DNA from: Epithemia pelagica
Taxonomy: Eukaryota > Protista > Bacillariophyta
NCBI GenBank assembly: GCA_946965045.2
Contig: OX337238.1
Location: forward strand, 2,914,001 to 2,978,000
Direction of reading: 5' to 3'
DNA: 64,000 nucleotides
Shown here in pieces: positions 46,332 to 59,519 of the stretch; the first letter of the stretch is position 1; each line of letters opens with the position of its first letter. The notes beneath the pieces are model-generated. The model was given only the letters and a program-made list of their open reading frames with translations, was not told the DNA's origin and ran no database searches. Both the position numbers and the translations under genes were made by a program.

Positions 46332-47546
46332 ATGACAACAACACTGAAACAGCAAGCAAAACAATCTGGGCTTGCCTTTCTGGATAGTGACAATAACAGT
46401 CTTGCGCCTAATTGGAATACCAATGACTGGCCTCCCCTTTTGGGTGGGTGGCGTAGGCACCATGATTCAGTCGTGCTCGACCATCCCGAACAGGATAACA
46501 ATGCACAGACGGTTGTTGTTTTGGGAGGATACAAACAAAATCAAGGCTACACCAACTCAGTGTTGTTGTTGAGGTTGGCAAAAGAAAACTTGCAATGGCG
46601 GGAAGGACCGCCGTTGAACAACAACCGAGCCTATCATGCCGCGGTGATTTGTAGCGGAGGAGTTTACGTGATCGGAGGACACAATGGAAGTTCACGTTTG
46701 GATAGTATCGAACGGATTGATGTTGCAAATTTGTGTTCAGACTCAATGGAAAGTTCTACCAACAACCAATGGACAACTGTGACTTGTCGATTGTCGACGG
46801 CAAGAGAAAAATGTTCGGCTGTTGCCGTGCACAGTCGCTATATTGTTGTGATTGGTGGATACAACGGAAACACTTTGATGTCGTTGGTTGATATAATCGA
46901 TACAGGTATCGCAAGCAACCACACTGTGACTGTGGGACCATCCATGACAGTTCCTCGGTCTGGTTGTACAAGTGCTGTCATTGGCCACCGCATTTTTGTT
47001 GTTGGAGGCCTCACTGGGTACAATGGAGATGATTTCAAATCAGTGGAGTATTTGGAGATTCATGAACCTCCAGGCAATGAGACACTGAACACAGCAGGTG
47101 CAGTGTTTCCATCCTCATGCCGTTGGACACGTCATGACGAGCTCGAGCTTTCCATCCATCGGTGTTTTCATGCAATTGTAGCTGTTGGATCATGTCTTAT
47201 TGTGATAGGAGGTATCTTGGCCCCGGAGACTGTTGAAGTCGTGGACACTCGACGGAACACTGTGTGGAGCTTTCCCCAATCAACAGGGTCACGTTATTCA
47301 TGCAGTGCTGTGGTTCACTCGAGGGGAATTGCTGTGATTAGTGGAGATGACAATGCTTCTTGTGCGACACGATCGTTGTTTGACAAGAATACGTGGTGTT
47401 TTCGTCGACTCATTGAGCAGGTGCCAAGTACAATCTTTGGGACAAGCAGAGACTCACTGCGATCTGCTCAAGGGTGTACTACAGTATTGAATGAGTCTCA
47501 TGAGCGCTCTAAGAAGAAGTCATCAACTGGCAAAACTGAGACGTAG
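46332..47546 (+). CDS. Kelch-repeat protein K10 (404 aa, K2-like)
   Basis: Intact ORF with six blades and an RSKKKSS tail. Confidence 0.9.
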   Translation: MTTTLKQQAKQSGLAFLDSDNNSLAPNWNTNDWPPLLGGWRRHHDSVVLDHPEQDNNAQTVVVLGGYKQNQGYTNSVLLLRLAKENLQWREGPPLNNNRAYHAAVICSGGVYVIGGHNGSSRLDSIERIDVANLCSDSMESSTNNQWTTVTCRLSTAREKCSAVAVHSRYIVVIGGYNGNTLMSLVDIIDTGIASNHTVTVGPSMTVPRSGCTSAVIGHRIFVVGGLTGYNGDDFKSVEYLEIHEPPGNETLNTAGAVFPSSCRWTRHDELELSIHRCFHAIVAVGSCLIVIGGILAPETVEVVDTRRNTVWSFPQSTGSRYSCSAVVHSRGIAVISGDDNASCATRSLFDKNTWCFRRLIEQVPSTIFGTSRDSLRSAQGCTTVLNESHERSKKKSSTGKTET

Positions 47547-47721
47547 AAAGTGTCAATTCTAAAAAAAATCTTAGGACTAAAACGCAGTCATGAGAATGAT
47601 TACTGCGAATCGAAGTGCTTGCTGTCCTTCCTGAGAACAATATGCGTTTACAAACATGCTGGGAGAAATGTACATCACGTTGTGTAACATAAACGAACAA
47701 CAGCAAACGTATAGTTACAAC

Positions 47722-48850
47722 TCAAAAGTAATCACTTTGTGTTGTTGGTACGATCTTTTGTAACCCAAGGAACGATCCATGCGGGCTGGTTATAGCACAA
47801 GCGCAAGAAACAACAGTCGGTCTGCTCTTGGGTAGAACATCCTCTCCTTGTTCGATAGTGTTCTCGTTTGGGCGACAAGGGGACGAAACAGACACTGCGG
47901 GAGAAATGGGATTCCAGACATTGGTCAACCACAATAAGGGCCTTCCCACAAGATCACTATCATCGTGAGCTGCAGCATCCTTTCCACGACGACGACAAGT
48001 ATGGTGGTCCCCAAATGGAGGATGCAACTTCGAATCGTCCTCCTTCTTGTGGATCCGGGCCGAAGACAACAACCGTATGGTCGTTTTCATTGCATACCTC
48101 GTACCATCATCACCACTACTACAACTATCATTGCTCCTGCTGCTGCTGCCGCAAGTCCACCAAATGGATTCAGGTGCCGCCAAGACCGATGATGATAAGG
48201 ACGATAACGACGACAATGAGGAGGAATACGAATCCAATCGTTGGTGGTTTCGAGTGATGGACGACGACAAGACGGTTGCTACGTTGGGAACAATCGTTGG
48301 TGTCACGTGATTGTCGTTGATGTTGTTTGGAGGGTCTTGCAGTCGAAGTGGTGGTGGTGGTGGTCCAAGAGACGCACTGTCAACTGCACCATCATTACCC
48401 CACTCTGGCCTAACGTGACTCAGCTCCTGGTCCAGGTGGTTGTTGTCCTCTCGAACCTAGGAGTGCGTTTTTTGCTTGTCCACTCTTATTGCGGGTGACA
48501 CGATCATCTTTCGTAGTAGTTTGTCTTATTGATGGTTTGAGAAGAAAGGGGATACCGGGGCATTGCAATGGGTGGTGGTTTGTACCCTTTTCATCAAGTC
48601 CAAGGCTTTGTCTTGTTCTTGTTTCGTCGTTCGACACAAGCGATCGACCTGGACTTGCTGTTGACGTGCCGTCATGTTTCTTCTTCCTGTCTTGGTTGAT
48701 GGTGCTTTGTTTTTCGGTAGGAGTTCTTCTTCTTCTAGTGGTTGTCCGTTCGGGTGGAGATGGGTCGTGAAACGTGAAATTGAGGAGAATGCTTTGCCGT
48801 TTGCTTGCTTTTTTGTTGTTGTGTACTACGACTTTCTTTGGTTCATGATG

Positions 48851-48890
<40 letters not shown>

Positions 48891-48964
48891 CTCGTCGTCC
48901 TCCTTCGTCTTGTTACCAATGAGGAGCGTTCATATGTGATAGCCCCAGACTCCAAGGACTTCAC
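47722..48964 (-). pseudogene. X-family subtype A copy, disrupted and 5'-truncated
   Basis: Near-identical to 4775..6080 and carries the same internal deletion (NTIEQ|GEDVLPK). Confidence 0.6.
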
Positions 48965-50575
48965 CCAAACTTGAAGTCTGTTGTTTGGGGATATCGTTAA
49001 TTGTTACTACGACTTTCTTGTTCTTTCCGGGGAACCAATGTCATTATTTGATGGTCTCTCTTTTTTCGTCCTCGTCTCTTTTCGACGCCCTTTTACAGTT
49101 CGCATCGCAGTCCTACACCCTACACTCACTTCTGTACTACTTTTATCTCATTGGAAGGCATCAGAGTCCCGAGTCCGAATTACTATACTCGAACCTCCGA
49201 TTCCGAGACGCCCGCGACTCGACATTAAAAATGAATCCCCGTCTGTCCGAGTCACGGATGTCACGGACCAACAAAAAAAAGAGGCATTGTTATTTTCTCT
49301 GCTTTGGCCTGGTAGTCGCACTAAAGATCCACCATCCTTTTTTGTTGGCAGAATCACCATGACGACCTACCGACAAAACGACGGCCCACACACATTCGCA
49401 CACGTTTCCAGTGTGTTTGTTGTGTCAAGAATGATGATGATGATCGAGTGATGGCGGCAATCCTCCAGACACACTCACTCACTCCGATGAACAGCACTCT
49501 CCAACCGCCATGACGGATGATTTGCGCAGAGAATGGTTCCTTTTTTGGGAGGATGATGCCAGCCACGAAACTCTCATCCTGTCGTAGTCCCTAGTCCCCG
49601 GAACCCTCGTTGCTGAATTTCGCGGGTCCTTTTTGGGCCACTATATAATACATGAGGATGATACCCAGTCCGAAACGCCACCATGGAACTCTACACCAGT
49701 CATCCTCGAACCAAACCAAAATAAAACAAAACCATGGAGCCGCATTCACAACCACCACAACCACAAGGACGAGGACTACACAATGCTGCTACAAACTGGA
49801 GCAAGAGACTAGCATTCTACCATAACCATTGGCACTGTTTCGCAACGACTTGTTGAGTTGCGACACTACTCGTGCCACACAGTGAGGAGAGAACGAGCGA
49901 TGATGAGGCTAATGATTGAACCATGAGCTCACAAAGAAGAGAGAACCAAAGTCGCTGTCTCAACGTCGAAGCTCCTAGCATTTGTTGCATCTTTGCGTTT
50001 GCCAGTGTGGGACAACCGTGTGTGATCGATGATTGGATTGGAACCTATGGATTTGGCCCATTTCGTTGCGCATGGAGGAGGATAGAGCGTTTGGCTGTGA
50101 TGCTGATGTATTGTACAAACAGCCAGAAGGAATTTGAAAAGTGCCTCAAGACTGTAACGGACAAGTACTGCTAACTTACCAATATACAGTGGCAAAGGGG
50201 TTCCAGTGAGGCCACGCGTTCTTCTAAATGGTCAGTGTATTCGTGGAATCTCTGGATTTGTGCCGAAGCAGTTATTTTCGTGGATGGTTTTGGACCCGTT
50301 CATCTGTCCAAGGTCATCCATCCGATGACTCAAAGAAGGATGGTTTTGGACGTGTTCATCTGTCCAAGGCCATCCATCCGAGGATATACGACCATGATTC
50401 AAATCGCCGCGTAGAGGTGCGTCCGTCGTTGCTGCCGTCTTTGGTTCCTGCTTTGGTGTGAAAGGTCCAAAATATTCAGTCCATTTTGTTCGGAGTCCAT
50501 TTTCGTATATTTTTGAGGAGAAAGACGAAACTCTGAGGTCCATTCCTTGGTGTTGTCATAAAATCTGCAAGTATC

Positions 50576-51787
50576 ATGACGACTACACAGCAACAGCATG
50601 CAAACCAATCTGGGCTTGCCTTTCTCAACATTAATAATAACAGTAACGAGCCACATTGGAATACCGGTGACTGGCCAACCCTTTTGGGTGGGTGGCGTCG
50701 GTGGCATGTATCGGCTGTGCTCGACCATCCCGACCAGGATAACACTGCACAGACGGTTGTAGTTTTGGGAGGAGACAAACAAGGTCAAGGCTTTACCAAC
50801 TCAGTTCTGCTGATGAATCTGGCAGAAAAAACTAAGCAATGGCGCGAAGGACCGCCATTAAACCGCAACCGAGCCTATCATGCTGCGGTGATTTGTAACG
50901 GAGGAGTTTACGTTATCGGAGGACACAATGGAAGTTCACGTTTGGATAGTATCGAACGGATTGATGTCGAAAATTTGTGTTCCGAATCCATGGAAAGCTC
51001 TACCAGCAACCAATGGAAGACTCTGACTTGTCGATTATCTACGAGAAGAAATGAATGTTCGGCTGTTGTCGTGCACAATCGCTATATTGTCGTGATCGGT
51101 GGATCCAACGGAATCTTATTGTCGTCGGTTGATATAATCGATACAGCTATCGCAAGCAACCACACTGTGATTGTGGGACCATCCATGTCAGTTCCTCGTT
51201 GTGGTTGTGCAAGTGCTGTCATTGGTGATCGCATTTTTGTCGTTGGAGGCTCCAATGGGCACTCTGGAGAAGATTTCAAATCAGTGGAGTACTTGGAGAT
51301 TCATGATCCTTCAGGCAATGAGACAATGACCACAGTAGGTGCAGTGTTTCCATCCTCATGCCGTTGGACACGTCATGACCAACTCAATCTTTCCATGTCA
51401 CGATGTCATCATGCAGTTGTAGCTGTTGGATCATGTCTGATTGTTATAGGAGGTATCTTCGCCGCGGACACTGTTGAAGTCTTGGACACTCGACGGAAAA
51501 CTGTGTGGAGCTTTCCCCAATCAACAGGGTCACGTTATTCATGCAGTGCTGTGGTTCACTCGAGGGGAATTGCTGTGATTAGTGGATATGACAATGCTTC
51601 TTGCGCGACACTCTCCTTGGTTGACAAGAATACGTGGTGTTTTCGTCGACTCACGGAGCAGGCGCCGAGTACAATCTTTGGGTCAAGAACAGACTCACTG
51701 CGATCTTCTCCAGGGCCTACTACATCATGGAAGGAGTCCGGTGAGCGCCTTAAGAAGAAGTTATCAACTGGGAAAACTGAGACGTAA
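50576..51787 (+). CDS. Kelch-repeat protein K11 (403 aa, K1-like)
   Basis: Intact ORF with six blades and an RLKKKLS tail. Confidence 0.9.
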   Translation: MTTTQQQHANQSGLAFLNINNNSNEPHWNTGDWPTLLGGWRRWHVSAVLDHPDQDNTAQTVVVLGGDKQGQGFTNSVLLMNLAEKTKQWREGPPLNRNRAYHAAVICNGGVYVIGGHNGSSRLDSIERIDVENLCSESMESSTSNQWKTLTCRLSTRRNECSAVVVHNRYIVVIGGSNGILLSSVDIIDTAIASNHTVIVGPSMSVPRCGCASAVIGDRIFVVGGSNGHSGEDFKSVEYLEIHDPSGNETMTTVGAVFPSSCRWTRHDQLNLSMSRCHHAVVAVGSCLIVIGGIFAADTVEVLDTRRKTVWSFPQSTGSRYSCSAVVHSRGIAVISGYDNASCATLSLVDKNTWCFRRLTEQAPSTIFGSRTDSLRSSPGPTTSWKESGERLKKKLSTGKTET

Positions 51788-53949
51788 AAAGTGTTAATTG
51801 AGAAATATAAATACTATGATTTAAACTCAGTCATTTACCAACATTCTGGGAGAAATGCACTCCACGTTGTGTAACACAAACGTGCGAAAGCAAACATAGT
51901 TCTAGAGAGCTCACTTCGAGCAATCACTTCGTGATGTTGCTACGATCCTGTGGCACAAGGAACGATCTGCTTTGTTGGACCCACTGCATTGAAGTGCATT
52001 GCAGAAGTCCCCGGAAAAGATTTTGTGCGTCCGGTCGGTTCTTCTCTAGATCTGATGCGTGTCCGCAGGTTTTGTGGAGGCCACTGTTCGACGCCCCACT
52101 TCGCCCGGCGTTGCGCCCGGGACGCGCCTGCGGATTCGCGCCATAATTTTTTAAAATCCACGTTGTCATTGACAATGGGAAATGGGAGTGACAAAATGCC
52201 GTTCCGCTGTGGATTTGGCCATTGCAGCAATCTGTTTTGGATATCGTGTACGGGACGAGAAACTTGTTATGCAAGCCAGCAACAAGACGATCTGGAAGTG
52301 CTCTTAAATGGCCTCAAAGACTGAAAGGACAAATCAACTAACCAAGGTAGTAATAGGGAGACCACAATGGCGACAAGCCATGGGCAAGAAAACTCCAGCA
52401 GCAAAACAAGGTCGTAACCACACACATACAGGCCCAATTAAACATTCTCCTACGCCAGCACGACACCCTCTCCCGAATGATCAGGCTCTCGATCGTTTCG
52501 CAAGTTCGGACCATTGATAAATGTACTCACCGTCTTAAACTGTGCAGCAGCATAAACTGTTATCGGTTCATCTCCATCTCCTCTCACTCTCATCGGTTGG
52601 CATCATGAGTCCTGAGTCCCCGGGTACTTTCTACTCAATACTCAAAAGTCTACCCATCCGATCCCTTCTCAGACGCGGCCACAAAAGTGAATTTAAAAGA
52701 ATCCATCGTCCATCGCACGGGCACAAAGATCCATGAAGGTACCATCACAATGAACGAGACGGCCCACACATTTCGCACACGTACGTTTCCAGAGTGTTGT
52801 GTCAAGGATGATGCAATCCAGAATCCAGACGCACTAAAGGACCCACAACCAGGAGGACACTGCTACTGCCAAGCGAACGAGCCACAACCAGCCAGCATCA
52901 CACTATATACCATCATCCCCAACACCAACACCAAGACGAGGATGATACTGCGGTTCCGGAACGAGGCGTGCTGCTGGAATAAGAGCGAGACCTCTCTTGT
53001 GTCACTGGAGTGCGGATGAGAACAATCGATTGTTATAATGGGTTGGATCGCTGCACTGCCGAGTTTGTATTCGCTTCTCCTACCGTGACAAAAGGTGTGG
53101 ACCCCAAGTGCCAGACGTTTTGTTGATATGAGCCAGAACAAAAGCCAGCAGCAATACCATCACGAACACGAGAATGACGTTTCTTTCCGGAACGAGGCTT
53201 GTTGCTGGAATGGCGAGACGAGACCTCTCACATAGTGCTTGCTGGAGTATATAGATCCAGCGAGAACGTGTCTTTATGACAAGGTGGACCAAGTACAAGA
53301 CGTTGTTGTTGCCACGACAAAAACAGAGGGTTCCGCAGTCCTTCAAGTCCAGAGACAATTTTGTTGGTGGAACTCTACCAGATGACAAAGGAAGAGAACC
53401 AGCCGGACTTGACACGCCGTCCGAATTTCGAGGGTCCTTTTTGCCATTTGTGGTAATGATACCAGCCCGAAAAGCCACATATGTCGATACACTAAAAAGA
53501 AGGCCACTAACATGTTAGGAAACACTCACACCCATGATGTGGATGTGATTGTTCCTGGTCCTCTGCTCCTATAAAGAAAGCCAATACAATCATTTCATCT
53601 CCTGAAGAAGCGTTCAGAGTGAAAGTATATGCACTGCTACCGATACAGTGGCAAAAGGGTTCCACTGACGCCACGCTTCGCTCGAACTGGGCTTGTGTTT
53701 GGACCCGTTCATCTGTCCAAGGTCATCAATCCGATGAATAAGGATACCATGATTGAAATCGCCACCGTGGAGGTGCGTCCGTCGATTCGAGCCAGCATAT
53801 TCAGTCCATCCACGTCCACGCCTCTGCCGTTTGTCATTCAAGGCCCGCGGAGGCCACATTGTAGTATTTTCTGTGGTTTTGAGAAGAAAGACGATCCATA
53901 CCTTGGTGTTGTCAGAACATCTGCTAGTGCCATAAAAACTGCATGTACC

Positions 53950-55128
53950 ATGGCGACGACACTGCATCAGCAAGCACAACAATCTGGGCTTGCCTTTCTA
54001 GACATTCATAATAACAGTAACGAGCCACATTGGAATGTCAATGACTGGCCTCCCCTTTAAGGTGGGTGGCGTCAGTATCATGCATCGGTTGTGCTCGACC
54101 ATCCCGAACAGGATGGCAATGCACAAACGGTTGCAGTTATGGGAGGGAACAAGCCAAATCACCAAGGCTGCACCAACTCAGTGTTGTTGTTAAGTTTATC
54201 AGATGAAAACAAGCGATGGCAGGAAGGACCGCCGTTGAACAACAACCGAGTCAGTCATGCTGCGGTGGTTTGTCGCGGAGGAGTTTACGTGATCGGAGGG
54301 TGCAACCGAAGTTCAGACTTGGATAGTATCGAACGGATTGATGTTGCAAAATTGTGTTCCGAATCAATGGAAGGCTCTACCAGCAACCAATGGACGACAC
54401 TGACTTGTCGATTGTCTACGGCAAGAGATGAATGTTCGGCTGTTGCCGTGCACAATCGCTATATTGTCGTGATTGGTGGAAACTACAACGGAAAGTATTT
54501 GTCATCGGTTGATGTAATTGATACAGCTGTGAGAAGCAGCCATACAGTGACTGTGGGACCATCCATGTCAGTTCCTCGGTCTTGTTGTGCTAGCGCTGTC
54601 ATTGGTAATCGCATTTTTGTTGTTGGAGTCTACAATGGGCACAATAGACAAGAAGGTCTCAAGTCAGTGGAGTATTTGGAAATGTATGATCCTTCAGGCA
54701 TTGAGACAATGAACACAGCAAATGCAGTGTTTTCATCCTCATTTCGTTGGACACGTCATGACAAGCTCAATCTTTCCAGCCGACGGAGAGATCATGGAGT
54801 TGTAGCTGTTGGATCATGTCTGATTGTTGTGGGAGGTTTCTTAGCCCCGTACACTGTTGAAGTCTTGGATACTGGCCGGAACACTATATGGACCTTTCCC
54901 CGATCAACAGGGCCAGATGATGGGTATAGTGCTGTGGTTCACTCGAATGGAATTGCTGTGATTGGTGGAAGTGGCAATGCTCGGTGTGCGACACTCTCCT
55001 TGGTTGACAAGAATACGTGGTGTTTTCGTAGACTCACTGAGCAGGTGCCAAGAAGTATAGTCTTTGGGTCAAGTACAAACTCACCTGGGTCTTCTCCGGA
55101 ACATACTACAGCATGGAGAGTCTCATGA
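53950..55128 (+). pseudogene. Kelch-repeat gene K12 with early in-frame TAA
   Basis: ATG at 53950 (MATTLHQQ) and TAA at 54058-54060 where paralogs have TTA/TTG (WPPLLGG). The frame continues to 55128, and the tail is also frameshifted (WRVS*). Confidence 0.8.
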
Positions 55129-55339
55129 GCGCCCTAAAAAGAAGTGTTATTATCTGGCAAAACTGAGACGTAAAAAGTGTCAATTGAGCAGTAAAAATAG
55201 GATGAGTAAAACGCAGCCATGAGAATGAGGGTTCGAAGTGCTTTTGCTGTTTTTCCTGAGAACAAGATGCGTTTACAAACATGCTGGGAGTGTACGTTGT
55301 GTAACACAAACAAACAACAACAAACATATAGTTAGAACT

Positions 55340-57448
55340 CACCTCAAGTAATCACTTTGTGTTGTTGGTACAATTTTCTAGCACAAGGAAGGATCCTTGC
55401 GAGCTGGTTATAGCACAAGCGCACGAACAAACAGTCGGCCTGTTCTTGGGTAGAGCATCCTCCAAAATGGTCCACAATTCATACGACAGGCACTGGGAAA
55501 CTGTCACATAGAATCCATGCCCCCAATTTGTGTTTGATCCAGAGAAGAATCGTGACATGGCAATAGTCGTAGGCCTTCGTATCATTGGGTTCAAGTGCTG
55601 TACTCTGTACTCGTCCTCACGGCGGATGCAATTGTGGGAGAGACAATGGTGCAAACTGTATTGCATGTGGTTGGTGTTTTGACAGAGTTGATTGACACGG
55701 CGTGTCTGTTGCAAAATCTCCTCGTGACATCACGATTCCAAAGAATTGGAACGGGGGGTTCCTTCCAGAATGACAGTAACTCACCATTTGCCAAAGTCAC
55801 CGCACTTTGGTTATTCACGACCGTTGCGACATCTTGTTCCCGATCCACATCCCAGGAGGTGTTGTGTGCCGTGTCTCCGGCTTCCGACGATGACAAGACG
55901 AGGGACGGGGGAGACTCCAAGACCATGCATGCTTCTTCATCATCAACGACAATGCATTCTTCATCATCCTCTTCTTGTTCGATAGTGTTGTCGTTTGGGC
56001 GACAAGGGGACGAAACAGACATTGCGGGAGAAATGGGGATTCCAGACATTGGTCATCCACAATAAGGGCGTTCCCACAAGATCACTATCATCGTGAGCAG
56101 CAGCATCCTTTCCACGACGACGACAAGTACGGTGGTCCCCAAATGGAGGATTCAACTTCGAATCGTCGTCCTTCTTGTGGATCCGGGCCGAAGACAACAG
56201 TGGTACGTTCGTTTTCATTGCATACCTCGTACCATCATCACCACTACTACAACTATCATTGGTGCTGCTGCTGCTGCTGCCGCAAGTCCACCGAACGAAT
56301 TCAGGTGCCGCCAAGACCGATGATGATAAGGACGATAACGACGACAATGAGGAGGAATACGAATCCAATCGTTGGTGGTTTCGAGTGATGGACGACGACA
56401 AGACGGATGCTACGTTGGGAACGATCGTTGGTGTCACGTGATTGTCGTTGATGTTGTTTGGAGGGTCTTGCAGTTGAAGTGGTGGTGGTGGTCCAAGAGA
56501 CCCACTGCCAACTGCACCATCATTACCCCACTCTGGCCTAACGTGACTCAGCTCCTGGTCCGGATGGTTGTTAACCTCTCGAACCTAGGAGTGCGTTTTT
56601 TGCTTGTCCACTCTTATTGCGGGTAACACGATCATCTTTCGTAGTAGTTTGTCTTGATGGTTTGAGAAGAAAGCGGATACCGGGGCATTGCAATGGGTGG
56701 TGGTTTGCACCCTTTTCATCAAGTCCAAGGCTTTGTCTTGTTCTTGTTTCGTCGTTCGACACAAGCGATCGACCTGGACTTGCTGTTGACGTGCCGTCAT
56801 GTTTCTTCTTCCTGTGTTGGGTGATGGTGTCGTGAACCAGTGTTTGCTTCGTTTTTCGGAAGGAGTTCTTCTTCTTCTTCTTCTTCTTCTAGTGGTTGTC
56901 CGTTCGGGTGGAGATGGGTCGTGAAATTGAGGAGAATGCTTTGGCGTTTGCTTGCTTCTTTGTTGTTGTTTGTATTGTTCATGAAAGTCCTCTCTCTCTC
57001 CTCGTCGTCCTCCTTCGTCTTGTTACCAATGAGGAATGAGGACGCGTGGTATAGTGTGCGTGTATTGTCTTGGAAGTTGGGGAAGGAGAACCCTTTGCCT
57101 GTTACAGTCCGTACAACAGTCGTACACTCCTTCATATGTGATAGCCCCAGACTCCAAGGACTTCACCCAGTCTTGAAGGCTGTTGTACTGGATCGCTCGG
57201 TGTGATTTTTGGTCGGACAAGATGGTGGTGGTGGTCCTTTTTCGGAAGGATACGTTGCTTCTCTACTCGATCGAACCGTTCTCACATCGTCCGTGTCGTC
57301 GTAGGTGTCTGCTTCCTTTTCGGAAAGGTTACTGACCTTGTCGAAAGGGTTATAAATTATTTGTGTTTGAATCGACATTCTGAGAGCGACAATGAAATGA
57401 GGGGATGACTTTGGGCGCCTCCCTTTCTATTTTGGTCTTACTGGTCAT
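55340..57448 (-). pseudogene. X-family subtype A copy, most complete A-type but multiply frameshifted
   Basis: Fragments include EEDDEECIVVDDEEACMVLESPPSLVLSSSE, QQTRRVNQLCQNTNH and FYVTVSQCLSYELW. Confidence 0.65.
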
Positions 57449-58361
57449 GCGCTTGTGCTGATTCGAGCGATTCTTCCAGAGTCCCAACCACACATGGACC
57501 ACACATGGACCACAACATCTACCCACAGACGGACAGTCCAAACGTTTGCCTTTTCTTGGATTCGATCCAGCCGCTGTTAAGTGCTCTTCTGGTTGCTTTG
57601 TTTTGTCTTTGTTGTTGTTTGTTTGGGGATATCGTTAATTGTTACTACGACTTTCTTGTTCTTTCCGGAACCAATGTCATGATGTGTCTCTCTTTTGTCA
57701 TCCTCGTCTCTCGTCGTTTCGCCGAGAGTCCTTTTACAGTTCGCGTCACAGTCCTACACCCTACACTGAGTCCTCAACTACTTATCTGATTGGAAGGCAT
57801 CCGAGTCCCGAGTCCGAATTACTTTCGCGAATGTACTCGAACCTCCGATTCCGATCCCGTCTCAGACGCCTGCGACTCCACATAAAAAAGGAATCCCCGT
57901 CTGTCCGAGTCACGGATGTCACGGGCCAACAAAAAAAAGATCCAATCACCATGACGACCTACCGACAAAACGACGGCCCACACACATTCGCACACGTTTC
58001 CAGTGTCTTTGTTGTGTCAAGAATGATGATGATGATCGAGTGATGGTGGGAATCCTCCAGACACACTCACTCACTCCGATGAACAGCACTCTCCAACCGG
58101 CATGACGGATGATTTGCGCAGAGAATGGTTCCTTTTTTAGGAGGATGATGCCAGCCACGAAACTCTCATCCTGTCGTATTAGTCCCCAGAACAACCACTA
58201 CAACCACTAGGACGACACTGCTGCTGCCAAGCGGCGAATGAGCCACAACAAGCCAGCAAAAGCACTCGATATACCAACACCAACCCTACTACCAACCCTA
58301 ACACCAACACGAAAATGACGCTGTTTTTTTGGAACGAGGCGCGTGCTACTGGAATGGCGAG

Positions 58362-58401
<40 letters not shown>

Positions 58402-59519
58402 CCACAGGAGTGCCAATGACGAGAAGAATCGATTGCCGAGCATAGAGAGTCTCTTCTTCTTCTCCTTTTCATCCTCCGACGACAAGGTCCGTGGTGGTCT
58501 ATGTATAAAGATCGTTGGCAAAAACACACAGACAGACAGGAATGGGGGAGCTGGTGGAACATTCGACAGGATGCCGCCGTCCTCGTTGCCGAATTTCGCG
58601 GGTCCTTTTTAGGCCACTATATAATACGTGAGGATGATACCCAGTCCCAAAACGCGGCCATGGATCTCTACACTAATCATCCTCGAAACAAAACAAATCC
58701 AAAAGTCACTGTCTCAACGTGGTACTATAGAGTGCAAGCCAATGTGGAACAAGAAGAACAAGTGAAAAAACAGAGGAGACGCGGCAATCTGCCAGAGACA
58801 GATCATTGGTGGAAACGTACGAGAAGCCTTTCATGCTTGATTGTTGTGGTCTTCAAGAGTGGGGAGTGGTGGGTACTTGCTCTGGGGTATTTGCGCCAGT
58901 AGCATCGTTGCATCTAGTCTTGTTCTTGTCGCTTCCCCAGATTGGGTGGATGATTTTCCTATCGTGGGTGCCAATTTCAAGTGATCTCGATAGAAGGGTC
59001 GGAGGGCTTCTATAGCATTTGTTGCATATTCGCGTTTGACAGTTTGGGACAACCATGTGTGATCGATGATTGGATTGGAACCTATGGATTTGGTCCGCTT
59101 CGTTGCGCATGGAGGAGGAAAGAGCGTTTGGCTGCGATGCAGATGTATTGTGCAAAACAGCCAGAAAAAGGCAAAGGGGTTCCAGTAAGGCCACGCGTTC
59201 TTCGAAATTGGATTGTCAGCGCGTTGATGGAATCTCTAGATTTGTGCCGAAGAAGTTGTTTCCGTGGATGGTTTTGGACCCGTAAATCTGTCCAAGGTCA
59301 TCCATCCGAGGATGCAATGATTGAAATCGCCACCGTGGAGGTGCGTCCTTCGTTGCTGCCGTATTTCGTTCCGGTTTTGGTGTGAAAGGTCCAGACTATT
59401 CGGTCCATCTGGTTCGAAGTCCATTGTGTAGTTTTTGAGCAGAAAGAGGAAACTCTTAGGCCCATTCCTTGAACAAAGGCGATCCATACCTTGCTGCTGT
59501 CATAAAATCTGAAAGCACC

